This document shows positions 25,480-39,325 of a stretch of 64,000 nucleotides of DNA, piece by piece. How positions within the stretch are numbered: the first letter of the stretch is position 1; each line of letters starts with the position of its first letter. The translations under genes and the position numbers were made by a program. The notes under the pieces were generated by a model. The model made no database searches. It saw only the letters and a program-made list of their open reading frames with translations, and was not told where the DNA came from. The DNA comes from Octopus sinensis (lineage: Eukaryota), in the NCBI RefSeq assembly GCF_006345805.1, contig NC_043006.1, forward strand, positions 77,934,001 to 77,998,000, written 5' to 3'.

Positions 25480-26030
25480 TCTTTGGCGTGAGAGCTGAAT
25501 GTATTCGAGATGCTGTGATATTGTTGGAAACAAGAGAGAGAGATAATCGATTTTGAAGATAATACTTGCGAGGCCGGATCTCTATGTGATTTAAACAGGA
25601 TCGTATCAGTGGTGCAGTATCGGGAGAATTTGAGTATCATATCATCTACATCTGCATCGCTGTGGAGGCATGTGAATGCTGTTTATGTATTGACTGAACA
25701 GAGTTGGTAAAAGTAAGGTTCCCTGATGCAGAAGTGGTAGATTCTGGAAGCGCTGTCCTGTAGTCTGCTAACTATTGTTTCTTTCTAGGTAGCTACGAAT
25801 ATAATTTGATTGAGTGACAAGCCAGAAATTAGCTCGAAATCTTCTGTTGGCGTTGGTGGAAGTTAGAATGTTTCTTATAGAAGGCTTTTTTGTTGATCTA
25901 ATCATGTATGCTATGTGTTAGATTGATCGGTATGTTGACAGAAGACAGTAAAATCTTACTCCGAGTTTTGGTTGAGAAATAGGAATTTTTGAGTGATTGG
26001 ATAAGTGGATGATAGATCTGATGGTGTTAC
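25480..26030 (-). mobile_element. Highly decayed LINE fragment (APE endonuclease region, CR1/L2/Jockey-like)
   Basis: Minus-strand pieces STYRS, SNFHQ, LNQIIFVAT and IEIRPRK resemble APE-domain motifs (YRSP, GDFN.H, LTQ.V..PTR, IRPRDKPW); many stops. Confidence 0.4.
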
Positions 26031-28773
26031 CTCTCTTGGTACAACGCACAAATCAAAATAACTCATTAAGAAGGAATATTGTTGAAGCATAGTACTAATA
26101 CTTACAGAATAAATACTATGCTATTGCTTAAAAATAAGTTAATAAATACGATCGCGATGCCAGTAAAAGCTAACCATATTATGTCCCTACCCTATAGCAT
26201 GTACCACTGCGTTTAGATTTTCACATTGAAATTATGCCAACATTATGAAATAGGAATAGTAAATACGTAGAAAGAATGTAATAGAAATATTTTAGAAAAT
26301 TATAGGAACATATTCTGAAATACCACAATGAATATAGAAATATAAAGGTAATTCTGTCTCTTGGATTTTTTGTCAAAGTTGAGTATTAATGTAAATTAAT
26401 GTAAATGTAGTCACTTCCGTGCATACTTTCTTATCAGATACAGCACCCAGCGTAACTAGTCACTTTATACGTAGAGTAGCATAAACAGCTAAACCCTACG
26501 AGCAAATAACACCGTTCAGTGGCTAACACTTTCCAACCTATGAGCAATAACTTTTAGTCAAATGATATCTGCTTGAAACTGGCCAGTCTGCTCCTAACCT
26601 TCCCCCAGGTACTTTCCTCCTGGCTCTCTACTTCGAACCAGTCCCCAACGATAAAAATAACATTCGTGAAGAATATTCACTGATTGGATAATGTAAAAAA
26701 AAAAAACACACGAGAAAGATGTCCACGAATCTGTTCTGCATGGAAACGTTCAGATATTTTCCTTAATCTTATAAATATATGCTGTACTAAAAGCATTTGC
26801 AGACTAGAGTGTAAATCTAGTATACTCTTATTGTAGTGAAACTATTTGAGCCTTTACTACTATATCTAAGAGCGTTTGTGGTAATATTTGATTTTTGTTT
26901 TTATCGCGTTTATGAAGTAGTATTGTGTACGCTCTATTTTCTGTAGTATTTATGCATCATTTTAAGTGTACGCTTTTCTATCTCTTTCTAGACCCGGGTG
27001 ATATGATTTTCCTTTGGATTATTTTGTCATCTTTTGATTGGCTATGAATATTCCTAAGGCGATGTTTTGCTCCATTAATGTGAATAAAATTATGGTGAGC
27101 TGGAGATTAAGGGAGACTTTATAATTAGATAACCTTCGTTAGATAAAGTAGCAATCAATTTTAAAACTTCAATGCACTACTTGTAAAGGGTTTTATTAAC
27201 ATTTTCGTGAGCTATCGCTGCTTTGTTTCTTAGTATTTAATAGATGTTGATGGATATTTTTTGTGCCTTTTAACAAGTAATGTGAGCCATTATTCAGCGC
27301 AGTAATTTACTTCTAATCATTGGATATAATTGAATTACTCCTATCATTTTTATTTTACTGACTGTTATACCAGATCCACATATCACGTATCTGTGCTTAG
27401 ATCTAAGTTACAATTGACATCACAATATCCACTTGAAAGAAACGTCACCCTCAGACGGCGCTCAAATAGATTTTAATAGACTTCAAAACAGATTAAAAGT
27501 ACAAAAGTTATATATCATTATTTCTATCTGCTTTCATGCGGAATATTGTTTTCGGTGAGAATTATTGTTTTGACAGAATATAGACAAGAATCTGATTTAC
27601 AAATATTTGATATATCCGTAATATATCATTAGGTCATATCATTTCATCGTCAAGTCGTATACATCTAACAAATACTAGGCAGTTATTCCAAATTATTTTA
27701 CTTTCACACGGAAATGTTGTATTTTATCATTATTAAAACAATAAAAATGCTGTTATAACATTCACCTCTCGCTTTAATTATATTACTTTTTGTACTATCT
27801 TCTGTGTGATAGCCAGTATAAATGGTCAAAAATCAATATCGCTGAATTACTAAACAAAGGTTTTGCATGGAAGGGGCTTTACTTTGCTTTGAATTTCGTT
27901 AAACAACAGTTCCATGTCAATAAACTATAAAAGGGAGGTGGAAGAAACTTTATATATTCAGTAGATTAGAATCACTGATGAACATTGCAAGTCACAATAC
28001 TTGATTCAAATGTGAAACAAAAATGTGTTGCAGAGCTCAACTGACCAAACTTTAACATCAACACAGCTACGTGATGTAGGTATAGCTCTGCAAATAGCTA
28101 AAACTAAGTACCATGAATGTAAACAGTTTATCGCTTTAAACATTGAGAGCAATGAATAATTGTTGATCTTGCAAAGCGGAGTTAAAATATATCTGTAGAC
28201 AAACAATGAACAACATAAAAACTCTTGCCTGTCTATCGTCACTTCAATCTCATACGGAACAAAATCTTCAGTTGTGGTTTAACGATCCGATAATTTACGA
28301 CACTAAACAATAAGCTAACTGGGGAGGTTGCTTGAGGTTCAATGAGTTATTCACGAGACAGCGTCGTGTGTTAAATCTATAACGTCCCCTTTTATAAAAC
28401 TACCAAATTATAACATTTTTAATGTAATTCAGTCTTTCGATTACATTCAAGCGTGTTACATCATCTTTTTTCATTGAAATTTATTGAACCTACTCTATTA
28501 ACACACGAAAGATAAAACGTTTTGGAGTGGTTTAGGTTTTCCTTACTGTAAGCATGACTTTTTTGTCTGGATTTTCTACTCTACGTTTAATCGGTATAAT
28601 TTTTTTCGATAATTGCATTTAAGAGGGTTATCTCATACATTTAAGAACATTTTAGTATAATTTAATGTTTAAATGTTCTACGTGACCGTTGATTTTGTAC
28701 TGAATACAATGTTAGATATAAATTTCTTTTGTCTTTAAGACAGTGATATATTAGTTGTCGATGAACTTTGAAC

Positions 28774-28810
<37 letters not shown>

Positions 28811-28920
28811 CGTCGTCGTCGTCTCGTGGTAGTAGTAGTAACAGTAGAAGCGGTATATATGTATATATATGTGTGTATGTATATAATATATATGTATATA
28901 TGTATATATGTATGTATATA

Positions 28921-30380
28921 TAAATTGATCAAAATAAAAACATGATTCCAAGGATTCAGCGGTACATATGTTTCGGGCCTTTATTAGACAGATTTATAAC
29001 AATGCATAATGTATGTCTGTGGCCTTCTTCAGCCGCGCACAACAGCTTCCACAAGGACATGTGTTACATCAAAAATTCTTGGTTGGGGATGCAAATCCTC
29101 TCATTCGCGTACGACATAATGCGGCAACAGCATAGAATTGAAGCGTCCATCTCTTTCATCTCTCAATGTAGAATGAGGAAATTTGGATGTTGAAGTAATG
29201 TAAATAAATAAATACATATATAGACGTGAAGATGGAGGGGCGAGAATTCAGGACGAGGGATAAAAAATGTATAAAAAGTGTAAGTATAGAAAAATATAAA
29301 AATGTAGAGTATAAAGATATAAAGGGATATAAGGAGATGTAAAGGGGATATAAAGAATATAAAGAAATATAAATGAATGTAAAGGCATAAGGTTATAAAG
29401 TAAAAATAGAAGTAGAAATAAAAGTAAAAAGTAAAGAAATAAAATATGTCCGTGTATATATGCGGATATTCTGTTGTATGTATGTATATATACGCGCGTG
29501 CGTGTGGGTGTATGTGTGTTTATGTACATGTTTACACGTGAGTGCGTGTGTATGCTTATAGGCTTGGAGCCGTGTATGCGCGCGTGTATGTGCGCGTGTA
29601 TATGGGTGTATGTATCCATGATGGTATGTATGTACAAGATGACCAATTAATTCAAAGAACTAGACTAAACGCTCAACAGCTCTGATTTACAACACACTAG
29701 GTCCCCAGACGACCCTGTTGATTTATTGACACCCAAAACTTCTACAACTAAATGCTATCAATCTCCTGACCACCATGTTTGGTCCGTAACCTCTATACAT
29801 CCCTTATCTTTATATTTTTTTACATTTTTATCATGTTTATTCCTATTTTTATTTCTTTACTTTTTACTTTTATTTCTACTTCTATTTTTACTTTATAACC
29901 TTATGCCTTTACATTCATTTATATTTCTTTATATTTCTTTATATTCTTTATATCCCCTTTACATCTCCTTATATCCCTTTATATCTTTATACTCTACATT
30001 TTTATATTTTTCTATACTTACACTTTTTATACATTTTTTATCCCTCGTCCTGAATTCTCGCCCCTCCATCTTCACGTCTATATATGTATTTATTTATTTA
30101 CATTACTTCAACATCCAAATTTCCTCATTCTACATTGAGAGAAGAAAGAGATGGACGCTTCAATTCTATGCTGTTGCCGCATTATGTCGTACGCGAATGA
30201 GAGGATTTGCATCCCCAACCAAGAATTTTTGATGTAACACACGTCCTTGTGGAAGCTGTTGTGCGCGGCTGAAGAAGGCCACAGACATACATTATGCATT
30301 GTTATAAATCTGTCTAATAAAGGCCCCAAACATATGTACCGCTGAATCCTTGGCATCATGTTTTTATTTTGATCAATTTA
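28921..30380. repeat. Young inverted duplication: arms 28921-29444 and 29847-30380, 402-bp spacer
   Basis: I count 4 substitutions and one 10-bp repeat-unit indel over about 525 bp. This explains the near-identical ORFs 28942-29193(+) and 30108-30359(-). Confidence 0.95.
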
Positions 30381-30467
30381 CTCCACCACCTACACCACCA
30401 AACGGTATACACAGGTGCTTATAATTATCAAGTACTCACCCCGAATTTCTATACTCAACTCTGTATG

Positions 30468-30533
<66 letters not shown>

Positions 30534-30594
30534 AGAAAGCGAGAAGAGACAGCGTCAATGTCTGCACCCGACTATACAATGCTTTGCGATGATA

Positions 30595-31873
30595 CGAGGG
30601 GCGTTCAATAAGTAATGCCCCTGACCCACTTCCTATAACAGTAGACCAATGAAACCTGGCACAGTTATTAGTCTTTGTCTACATAGAAAACACCCAGAGT
30701 TACGCATTTCTCCCATTGTTTGATGCAGCTCTGGAGACCGTTTTTGTAGAAGACCCCAGCTTGGTCCTCCAACCACGACGTGACTTCAGAAATCAAGGCT
30801 GCATCATCTGGGAAATGCTTTCCTTTCAAAAACAACTTAATGGCTGGGAAGAGGTGAAAATCAGAGGGTGCAAGGTCAGGGGTGTAGGGGGGATGGGGTG
30901 GAGTTCATAACCGCACGCCTGTGCTTCTGATCTGGCGATAAGCGAGATGTGGACCGGAGCGTTTTCCAGCAGGAGGAGGATGCCTTTGCTGATCTTGCCC
31001 CGCCTCTTGATTTTGATAGCTTCTCTTAATTCCCTCAAAGGTGAAGCATAATAGACTCCTGTAATTGACAAGAAATCTGTCATCACTACTCCGTCCTGGT
31101 CCCAGAAGACTGTGAGCATGACCTTGCCAGCAGAGGGCTGAACCCTTGCCTTCTTTGGAGGAGGTGAGTCACGGTGCTTCCACTGCATTGACTGAGCTTT
31201 GGCCTCTGGATCATAGTGATGGACCCAGGTTTCATCCTGTGTAATCAGTCTTTTGAAAAGTTTTGACTCATCTTCTTGGCACATCTCCAAATTCATCCTC
31301 ATGCACTAGACGCGTTCTTGCTACTGGAAAGGTGTGAGCAGCCTGGGAATCCATCTTGCAGACACCTTTTGCATATCCAAATGGTCATGAATGATAGTTT
31401 CCACAGACCCGGTACTAATCTTGACCTCATGGGCTATTTGGCGAATAGTTATGCGTCGATCTTCCGAAATGGCAGCCTCAACTTGACGGACAAATGCCTC
31501 ATCAATGGCAGAAGGGGGTGACCAGATCTGGGAGCTGTTTCCACAGAGTTCCGACCATGTTTATATTCACGATGCCAGCGTTTTACAAGGTCATATGATG
31601 GGGCATCATCACCATAAGTTACTTTCATTTCATCAAAAGTCTTCCGTGGTGTGCGTCCTTTCAAATACAAAAACCGGATCACTGCTCGACACTCAACAGG
31701 CTCCATTTCATACTTGACTCAGTTCAAACACCTGTAAATCAGAAACCGCAATTAGTCCAGAGTTGTAATTTGCCACGTAATCTATAAAGATATAAATAAT
31801 TGCACATGCAAAATTTCAGCTGGATCAAATAATTGCAAGTGGGTCAGGAGCATTACTTATTGAACGTCCCTCG
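30595..31873 (-). mobile_element. Full-length mariner element (1279 bp) with a frameshifted transposase
   Basis: 37-bp TIRs CGAGGGGCGTTCAATAAGTAATGCCCCTGACCCACTT (2 mismatches) with TA on both flanks. Transposase starts at ATG 31706 (MEPVECRAVIRFLYLKG), with TQDETWVHHYDPE, SAGKVMLTVFWD, ENAPVH (second D changed to E) and YTPDLAPSDFHLFP, split by frameshifts. Confidence 0.97.
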
Positions 31874-32152
31874 TACATGTTACCAAACTTTAATCATTTT
31901 TAGATGACAGCTGACTATATAGAAATATGCTGCATATTTCTGGTTTTTCTCCCTTAGAGGAACTTCCTCATGTTCTAGATGTAACGATATTTGTTTAATT
32001 ACTACAGCCTAATGACGACTAAAATATGTACAAAGATGTAGGAAATAGGGTGTGTGCATATTCGACGAGACACGGTTTCAACCGAAGTGGAATCTGATAT
32101 TATTTTAGGCTCTGAGAGAAATTTCTGCATCAAGCCTGTGTGCTTTTCTATA

Positions 32153-32399
32153 CAATAATCCCTCGCCATATCGCAGTTCACCTATCGCGGTTCACCTATC
32201 GCGATTCACCAATCGCGGTTTATTATTTAAGCTTACGTTGATTCCTCCGTGGTGTTGTGTTGCCTTTATAACAAAATAAATATATACAAATTAAAATAAA
32301 ATAATAATAAAATATATACAGTACTGTTGCTATTTCACAGATTTTCACATATCGCGGGGTTTTTGGAACATAACATCCACGATAGTCCAGGGATTACTG
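32153..32399. mobile_element. Pogo/Tigger-type MITE (247 bp)
   Basis: TA|CAATAATCCCTCGCCATATCG ... CGATAGTCCAGGGATTACTG|TA imperfect TIRs. Internal 14-bp tandem unit TTCACCTATCGCG(G/A), about 3-4 copies. Confidence 0.7.
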
Positions 32400-32656
32400 T
32401 ATATGAGTGGGATTCTAGTACTGGAGTGGATTAAATCGGTTATGTCCTCCTGTGGCGAGCAATATTGGTTTCAGATTTTGACACAAGTTCAGCACAACTG
32501 TAGTGCTTCCCGAAAGGATTGCAAGCAAAGTCAAAGCTAGTGACGTTTGAACACAGAACGTAAACATAGACAAAATGCCGCAAAGCAATTTTCCTGGCGT
32601 GTTAACGATTCTGCCAGCTCGTCCCTTAAGTTATGAAACAATATTCGTTTATACCC

Positions 32657-33042
32657 AAGGCACAAGGCCTGAAACTTTTGGGGAGGGGTTCAGTCGATTA
32701 GATTGACCCCAGTACGCAACTGGTACTTTATTTATTGACCCCGAAAGGATAAAAGGCAAAGTCGACCTCGGTGGAATTTGAGCTCAGAACATAAAGACAG
32801 ACGAAATACCTATTTCTTTACAACCCACAAGGGGCTAAACACAGAGGGAACAAACAAGGACAGACAAACGGACTATGTCGAATATATCGACCTCAGTGCG
32901 TAACAGGTAGTTACTTAATCGATCCCGAAAGGATGAAAGGCAAAGTCGCCCTCGGCGGAATTTGAATTCAGAGCGTAGCGGCACACGAAATACCACTAAG
33001 CATTTCGCCCAACGTGCTAACGTTTCTGCCAGCTCGCCGCCT
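32657..33042 (+). mobile_element. SINE family B, tandem dimer of the 3' module
   Basis: Two consecutive GACCCCGAAAGGAT(A/G)AAAGGCAAAGTCG.CCTCGG.GGAATTTGA modules joined at GAAATACC|TATTTCTTTAC. Confidence 0.85.
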
Positions 33043-33122
33043 TGGTCTCATGTTCTTATTGATCTTGTCAGAGGCTAATCTTCTATTTCGGTGAGAAACG
33101 AAACTCATTCATCAAATGTGTC

Positions 33123-33531
33123 TGCGTGATAAGAAACTTGCTTCCCAAACACATGCGTCTGGGTTCAGTCTCACTGCTTAGCATCTTGGGAAAGTGTCTT
33201 CTACAGTAGCCTTGACCGATCAAAGACTTGTGAGTGGATTTGGTGGAGAGAGACTGGGAGAAGCCCGTCGCATATATGTGTGTCTGTCTCTGTTTGTTTG
33301 TGTATGTGTCTCTTGTGTGTCTGTGTGTTCGTGTATATGTATGTACATGTGTGTCTTTGTGTCTGTGTTTGTTCCCCACCGCTTGACAATAGGTTTTGGT
33401 ATGTTTATGTCCCTGTAACTTATCGGTGAGGCTAAAGAGACCGATAGAAAAAGTACAGGCTTTAAAAAATAATAAATAGTTGGGTCGATTCATTCGACTA
33501 AACTTTCTGCAAGGCGGTGCTCCAGCATGGG
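33123..33531 (+). mobile_element. SINE family A, diverged
   Basis: Colinear family blocks (TGGGAAAGTGTCTTCTAC, GACCGATAGAA, AAGGCGGTGCTCCAGCATGG). Confidence 0.8.
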
Positions 33532-36374
33532 CTGAGTCACACGACGGAAAAATAATGTGGTGAACAATATGGATTGTACTACCATGTATTGGAGCTATAC
33601 ATAAAATATGAAAAGATAAACATAAATTAGCGATTGCATAATTTAAGCTTTACAAACCGATAAAATATCTTTTCATTATATATATATATATTTAAAAAAA
33701 GATATTTGTAATTAAAATTTATAAACGTGATTGGGGCAATTTCCTTTCTGTCATTCACCGGAAGGCCATAAACTTGACTTAGCGTTCAATATTAAGTATC
33801 GAATATATATTGTGTTCTGGTTTTAGTTATAGCTGTGATTTGCACGAGAAAATATTTTCTGAATTTATAAATGAAAAGCGAAGCAAGCTGAAACGTGTTA
33901 CAACAAACAAAAATCAATAAAATGATACATTTAAAAAAAAAAGTGCGATACCAAACATTGTGCCTCATCTTATCTTACAAATCCAACAGGCGGATTTGTG
34001 TAAAATTAAAATTATCGCTGCAACCAAAAGACAATTCATTATTTCAGCTCGATATTCAAAGTTTTCGCTACAGCACTAGCACGACAATGGAATGAGTTAA
34101 TTAGCGATGCAATAAAAGTATAATGCGAGAGGAGATTGTAGCGGAGCCGAAAACACAGACATTAAAATCAGATAATGAATAAATACAATAAAATAAAGTA
34201 TAAATAAAAGAAGCTACAACCAAAAACTGAAATGAGAAACTATATTATGCACGAACCTTCACAATTTTTAGTATTCTTCAATTCTGATGAATATTACGCT
34301 GAGTCCTACAGCATTATCGTTAAAATCAGAAGCACATAAATTTGCACAAATATCGCATAAAATGACAAAAATTTATGGAGAATCTTTGTCAAAATTTCTA
34401 TTAAAAGTAATACATCAGGTTTTCAAAGTTTCTGAGATATTGAAAATGAAGAAGAACATCAACAGCTGCCATTCTGTCAAGACAATAGTAAACAAGAGAG
34501 TATGTGCATTCTTCTGTTAGGCAAGGAAACGGTTTCACAAAAGACTACACTCCCAGTAGTATAAAAGCCTAAAGGTTGTCTAAATTTATCGAATTTACTT
34601 ACTTTCAGAGCACTTATAAATTTATCGTCTTTCTGCATATATAATACATTCTCGTAAATTATAGCTGTGATATTCGTATGCTTTCTATTCCTGAAATACG
34701 AATTCATTTTTGGTGATGATGTTATTTTAAATATGTTAAAATTTGTCCTTCATTATCGGATTGTTAGAAATATTTTGCCATTACTATGAAAATTGATATT
34801 TCTTGTTGATTCTGAATAGATAAGAAATTAAGATATTTGCTCGGTACATTTTCAAAGGAATTCATTATCATTTCTGACCTAAATTTCTGGGTGCTAATTA
34901 TAGTTATTCTTACATTTTTTTTAAAGAAATCATTTACATTAAACTCAACTAATTGAACGGGAACTGGCCTTGTTTTTAATCTGCCTTCAAGTAATCAAAT
35001 GATGATAATCAAACTGATATCAATTCCGATTATCTAAAGGGAATTACTTGACAAATGAACTTAAGATTCACTGAATCTGGATGTATAAAATATGGAATGA
35101 TATTTTTTTTAGTTCATAGTTACTGAAGAATAGCTATTAATGTGATACAGAAACGTTTATAGTTCTAACTGATACATAATTATGAAAGAATAAGGCGTCT
35201 ATTCAAATATGCAAATATTTTGTACTGTTTTGACTGTATGCGCATATTTGTTGATATTTGATGCTTCATAATAAACCAACAAAACCAATATAAATAAGAA
35301 CAATGAAGCAAGCTATATAAGACTTAGTGATATTGATGGAGTCGTGTGTGTCATTTCCATAATTGCTGACATGCATCCATTCAGCTGGCTTTAGGTAAGG
35401 CCTGCTCTTTTGTAATTGGCATCGGTAAAATATGTTGCGAAATACGTGCCACAAACCTTTATATCAAAAAGTAATGTTAAAAATACTGAAGGAATATGTT
35501 TACCCTCAACGAAGCTTAATTAGAAGAGTCTGTTTGTAATATTAGCTAGGCATTCGGGTACAATTTGAACACTTACATAGAATAGAATTCTACTTAGTTT
35601 GTACTAAGACTCAGTAGACAGTAACAACGATTCATACTGTAAGCACTAAGATTTTCACTTCCCTATAAGGTGATTCAAGTGATCAAATCGGTTTGCATAT
35701 TACAATACTAGACCAGTCAGAACCGTAAGTCTGAATGGAGTAACAAGATTGTAACATTAGAAATTCATCTTTCCCTTTCACCACTAACTTTAGACTTATA
35801 CGCTTGTACACCTGTGTGTGTATCTGTGTGCATGCGTGTGTGTATGCGTGTGAGTTTATGTAGATAGATTCTGTTAGGTCTATTCACCATTATCTGTTTT
35901 TTTAACACTTACCCATCCACTCCCCTTTTTCACATTCTTTGTACGCTTCTAAAATATATTTAATCTATTATAGCAAACATCCATTTTCTACAACTTAAAC
36001 CCTTATAAACAAAGCAATTAAAACCATAAATATAGTAAATAAATTAACAAAAGTAATTAAGAAAACATGTAGAATGATGTACACAATGTTGCAATGTTGC
36101 ATGTACACAATGTTGCAAGCAAACAATATATTTGTCAACTTCAAATGACTAGTGATGGCCGAATTGTGCCCAATGCTATACAACTATAGCCATTCTATAC
36201 ATATTATAAAACATGTCATATAGCTGGAAGGTATACGTAAAGGGAAATTGCAATGAAAATAATATACAAATATTGATAATAAATTAAATAAAAAGACAAC
36301 GCCTTTATGATCTAGCTGTTAACAGACTTATCAGGTAGTTGCGAATGAATTATGCCAGTGATCAGCTAGAAATG

Positions 36375-36720
36375 CTGCGAGGATATGTGGAGGAGCTCGA
36401 TTTGGCATCTTGGAAAGTGTCTTCTACTATAGCTCCGGTCCGAGTGAAATATGATAGGACGGAAATTGTGTTGAAGATCATCGCGTGTGTGTGTGTGTGT
36501 GTGTGCGTGTGCGTGTGTGTGCATGCGTGTGTATGTGTATGCATGTTTCTGTGCGTGTGTACGTCATTGTACTTGTATTCGTTCAACGCCTGATCAAACG
36601 GTGTTGGTTTCTTCACGTCGCTGTAACTTTCCGGTTCGGTAAAAGCTATCTATAGACTAAGTAACAGACGTTAAAGTAGTGCCTCAGTCTGGTCCTAGTC
36701 CGAAGAGTGAAGCAATCAAA
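36375..36720 (+). mobile_element. SINE family A, diverged partial copy
   Basis: GCATCTTGGAAAGTGTCTTCTACTATAGC, an internal (GT)n, and GTAACTTTCCGGTTCGGTAAAAG. Confidence 0.6.
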
Positions 36721-36914
36721 AGAAAATAAAAGACAGCTAACGGAATAAATTGAAATTTAAAATAAATCATTAAATTGTTGGTATGAAGCTTCTACGATGT
36801 AAACACTTACAAGAATAATTTTCTATTCCTGTTCAGTTTGGTGGAACGGCATCAGTACAATTCTAATTAAAATTCAGCATTCATTCGTATTGATCCCCAT
36901 TAGTTATTTAGTAA

Positions 36915-37080
36915 TCTATTATATAAAATCCGTTCTGTCTCTCTGTATGTGTGTCTTCTAGGATCTCGGGCATCCTCCATCCACTTGCACTCAAATTTGA
37001 TATGTAGTTACCGACGCTATCAGGGCGATCGATAAAGCCGTGGGAACGTGCATTTGTACGCGCAAGTACATCAGCTGTTG
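36915..37080 (+). mobile_element. Possible non-autonomous Helitron-like fragment
   Basis: Starts A|TCTATTATATAAAA followed by a CTGT-like tract and a GC-richer body. The expected 3' CTAG is degenerate (CAGCTGTT). Confidence 0.3.
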
Positions 37081-37877
37081 CGGTCGATACTCCGCGTACG
37101 CGACAAAAAGAGCCGACTGGATTGAAATAATGCCACAAAATACAGTATATATTAGAGAGCAAAACGGTAAAATGCAAAAGAGATATTTTCTTCAAACTTG
37201 GCATGAAGGAAGGGAAGACTATTCGGTTTCTCAAGAAGTTTTCTTTTTTTTTGGCATTAACTTCGTTTAACAAAACCAAAAATTTTATTGAAATAAAGGC
37301 ATGCTTAATTATTTTTTAATGAAAAGAAAACACTGATTGCTTTTTATTCAGCACGTATGATTCAGTACCGTCCATTGGACGTGGTGGAGGCGTTTTACTC
37401 GTACAACTATATGCAACTAAGATAGTGTGACACCCAAGGGGATGCTAGCTAAACATTGCTAATTACAAAGCGTTCCAACTACTGACATGTTATCCACCTG
37501 TGGCTACATTAACTGAGATCGGAGTTAATTGCAGCCGTCATCAATGGGTGGATGTGCATGTAACAGGATACGAAACATTGCGATTCTGCAGTATTTATCT
37601 GATGCCTAATCAATAGAGCTTGTTGTGAATCATAATATCAATATTATTTTGGTGTGCTGTGGCAAGAGTGACTGACAAAAGAAGTTGCTATTGATTTTTC
37701 AGTTGAAGCTATTTTACTTATAATTACGTCAAATATGCCCTTCCTATCTTCTAAATATAGTTATTGTGTATCCGTTCAAAATAAGTAAATATGACGAATA
37801 AAGTGATTCAAACATTCTGTTATAACATTTTCGAAACGAGCTAAATTATTTTATCTAAATTAACACATAGTAGACAT

Positions 37878-38109
37878 CTATTTCTTTACTACCCACAAGG
37901 GGCTAAACAGAGAGAGGACAAACAAGGACAGACAAACGGATTAAGTCGATTATATCGACCCCAGTGCGTAACTGGTACTTAATTTATCGACCCCGAAAGG
38001 ATGAAAGGCAAAGTCGACCTCGGCGGAATTTGAACTCAGAACGTAACGGCAGACGAAATACGCCTACGCATTTCGCCCGGCGTGCTAACGATTCTGCCAG
38101 CTCGCCGCC
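37878..38109 (+). mobile_element. SINE family B module, well conserved
   Basis: CTATTTCTTTACTACCCACAAGGGGCTAAAC...GACCCCGAAAGGATGAAAGGCAAAGTCGACCTCGGCGGAATTTGAACTCAG...CTCGCCGCC; matches the second unit of 32657-33042. Confidence 0.9.
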
Positions 38110-39231
38110 GTATAGTAGACATCATCTACTCATACAGATAGCCTCCTGATATAGAAATCAACTAAATGTCTATAAATCACACTATGAACACTTAAGAAAA
38201 AAAAGGTCTAAATATACAATAAGATGTGATGGTTGTGTATTGAATACATCTGAAAATAGATATTCTCATTCAGGACCCACTGGTGGCTACAACAACAGCA
38301 ATAATATAACAAACGAAAAATATTATGCTACTAAACTATTACTAACGCAACGAATAGAAAGTTGTCAGCTATTTCCCAGAAACGATGACGAACTATTCTA
38401 TTTCAACAACTTCATAACACTTTCATTACACTTGCGAATGAAATTGTCTTTACTAATGCATTCTATGTACATTAACAGTAATCTATTAAAAACCCAAAAA
38501 TCGATACAAACGATTGGCTTTACAAGTTCTGACAATACAATATACATTCTTGCGCATTGTTAAAATTACATTTTGAAAATTTCGTCTCAGTACCCAGAAT
38601 AGACGTCTATCCTGATACAGTGTTTACTCTGAATAAATTACAATCTACTGTGTAGAAATGCTTTCATATCTATCACAATATAATCTTGTAACACAGAAAC
38701 ACCTAAGACTGCTTTACAACATCACTATGCTAATGCCGTATTCTGTCTCCTCTGCTACTACAATAACAGTATCAGCTTCTCTGAAGCCGTATCATCATGC
38801 GCGCTCCATTCAGGCTCACTCAACCATACTAGTCTTTTTTTTGTGCATTTACATCTCCCTTCTCAGATTTCTGTACTTTTCTGAAATTCCTGCCCTTATT
38901 TATTTCCCCTACAGACTTCAAAATCCCTTGTTTAAACCGCACGATAAGGAAAACAGAAGTTGAATGGTGTTAATCGTTTTCTGTGGCGCCTAAGTGAGAA
39001 ATTATTCACAAAGCATAAATGATTTTCAAAATACGGAAAAAATTATCATAAGGCTGTGTTGTATCTCAAGCAACATGGTTAGAGTGTGAATATAAGCTCC
39101 GTTTCAGTTAAATGTCAATAAAATTCATATCAGAATAGTGTAATAGGCAATAGGCAATACAAGTCTAGTTGTTACATGTTTTAACGCTTATCCGTATTGG
39201 CAGATTAGATTAGACAGACAGAGAGACAGAT

Positions 39232-39233
39232 AT

Positions 39234-39304
<71 letters not shown>

Positions 39305-39325
39305 TATAGATAGATAGACAGACAG
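39232..39325. repeat. (GATA)n microsatellite
   Basis: Tandem GATA/GACA units. Confidence 0.95.

Noticed and set aside
28942-30359. Two near-identical 83-aa ORFs on opposite strands
   Set aside because: A by-product of the inverted duplication; no recognisable domain or codon-level evidence.
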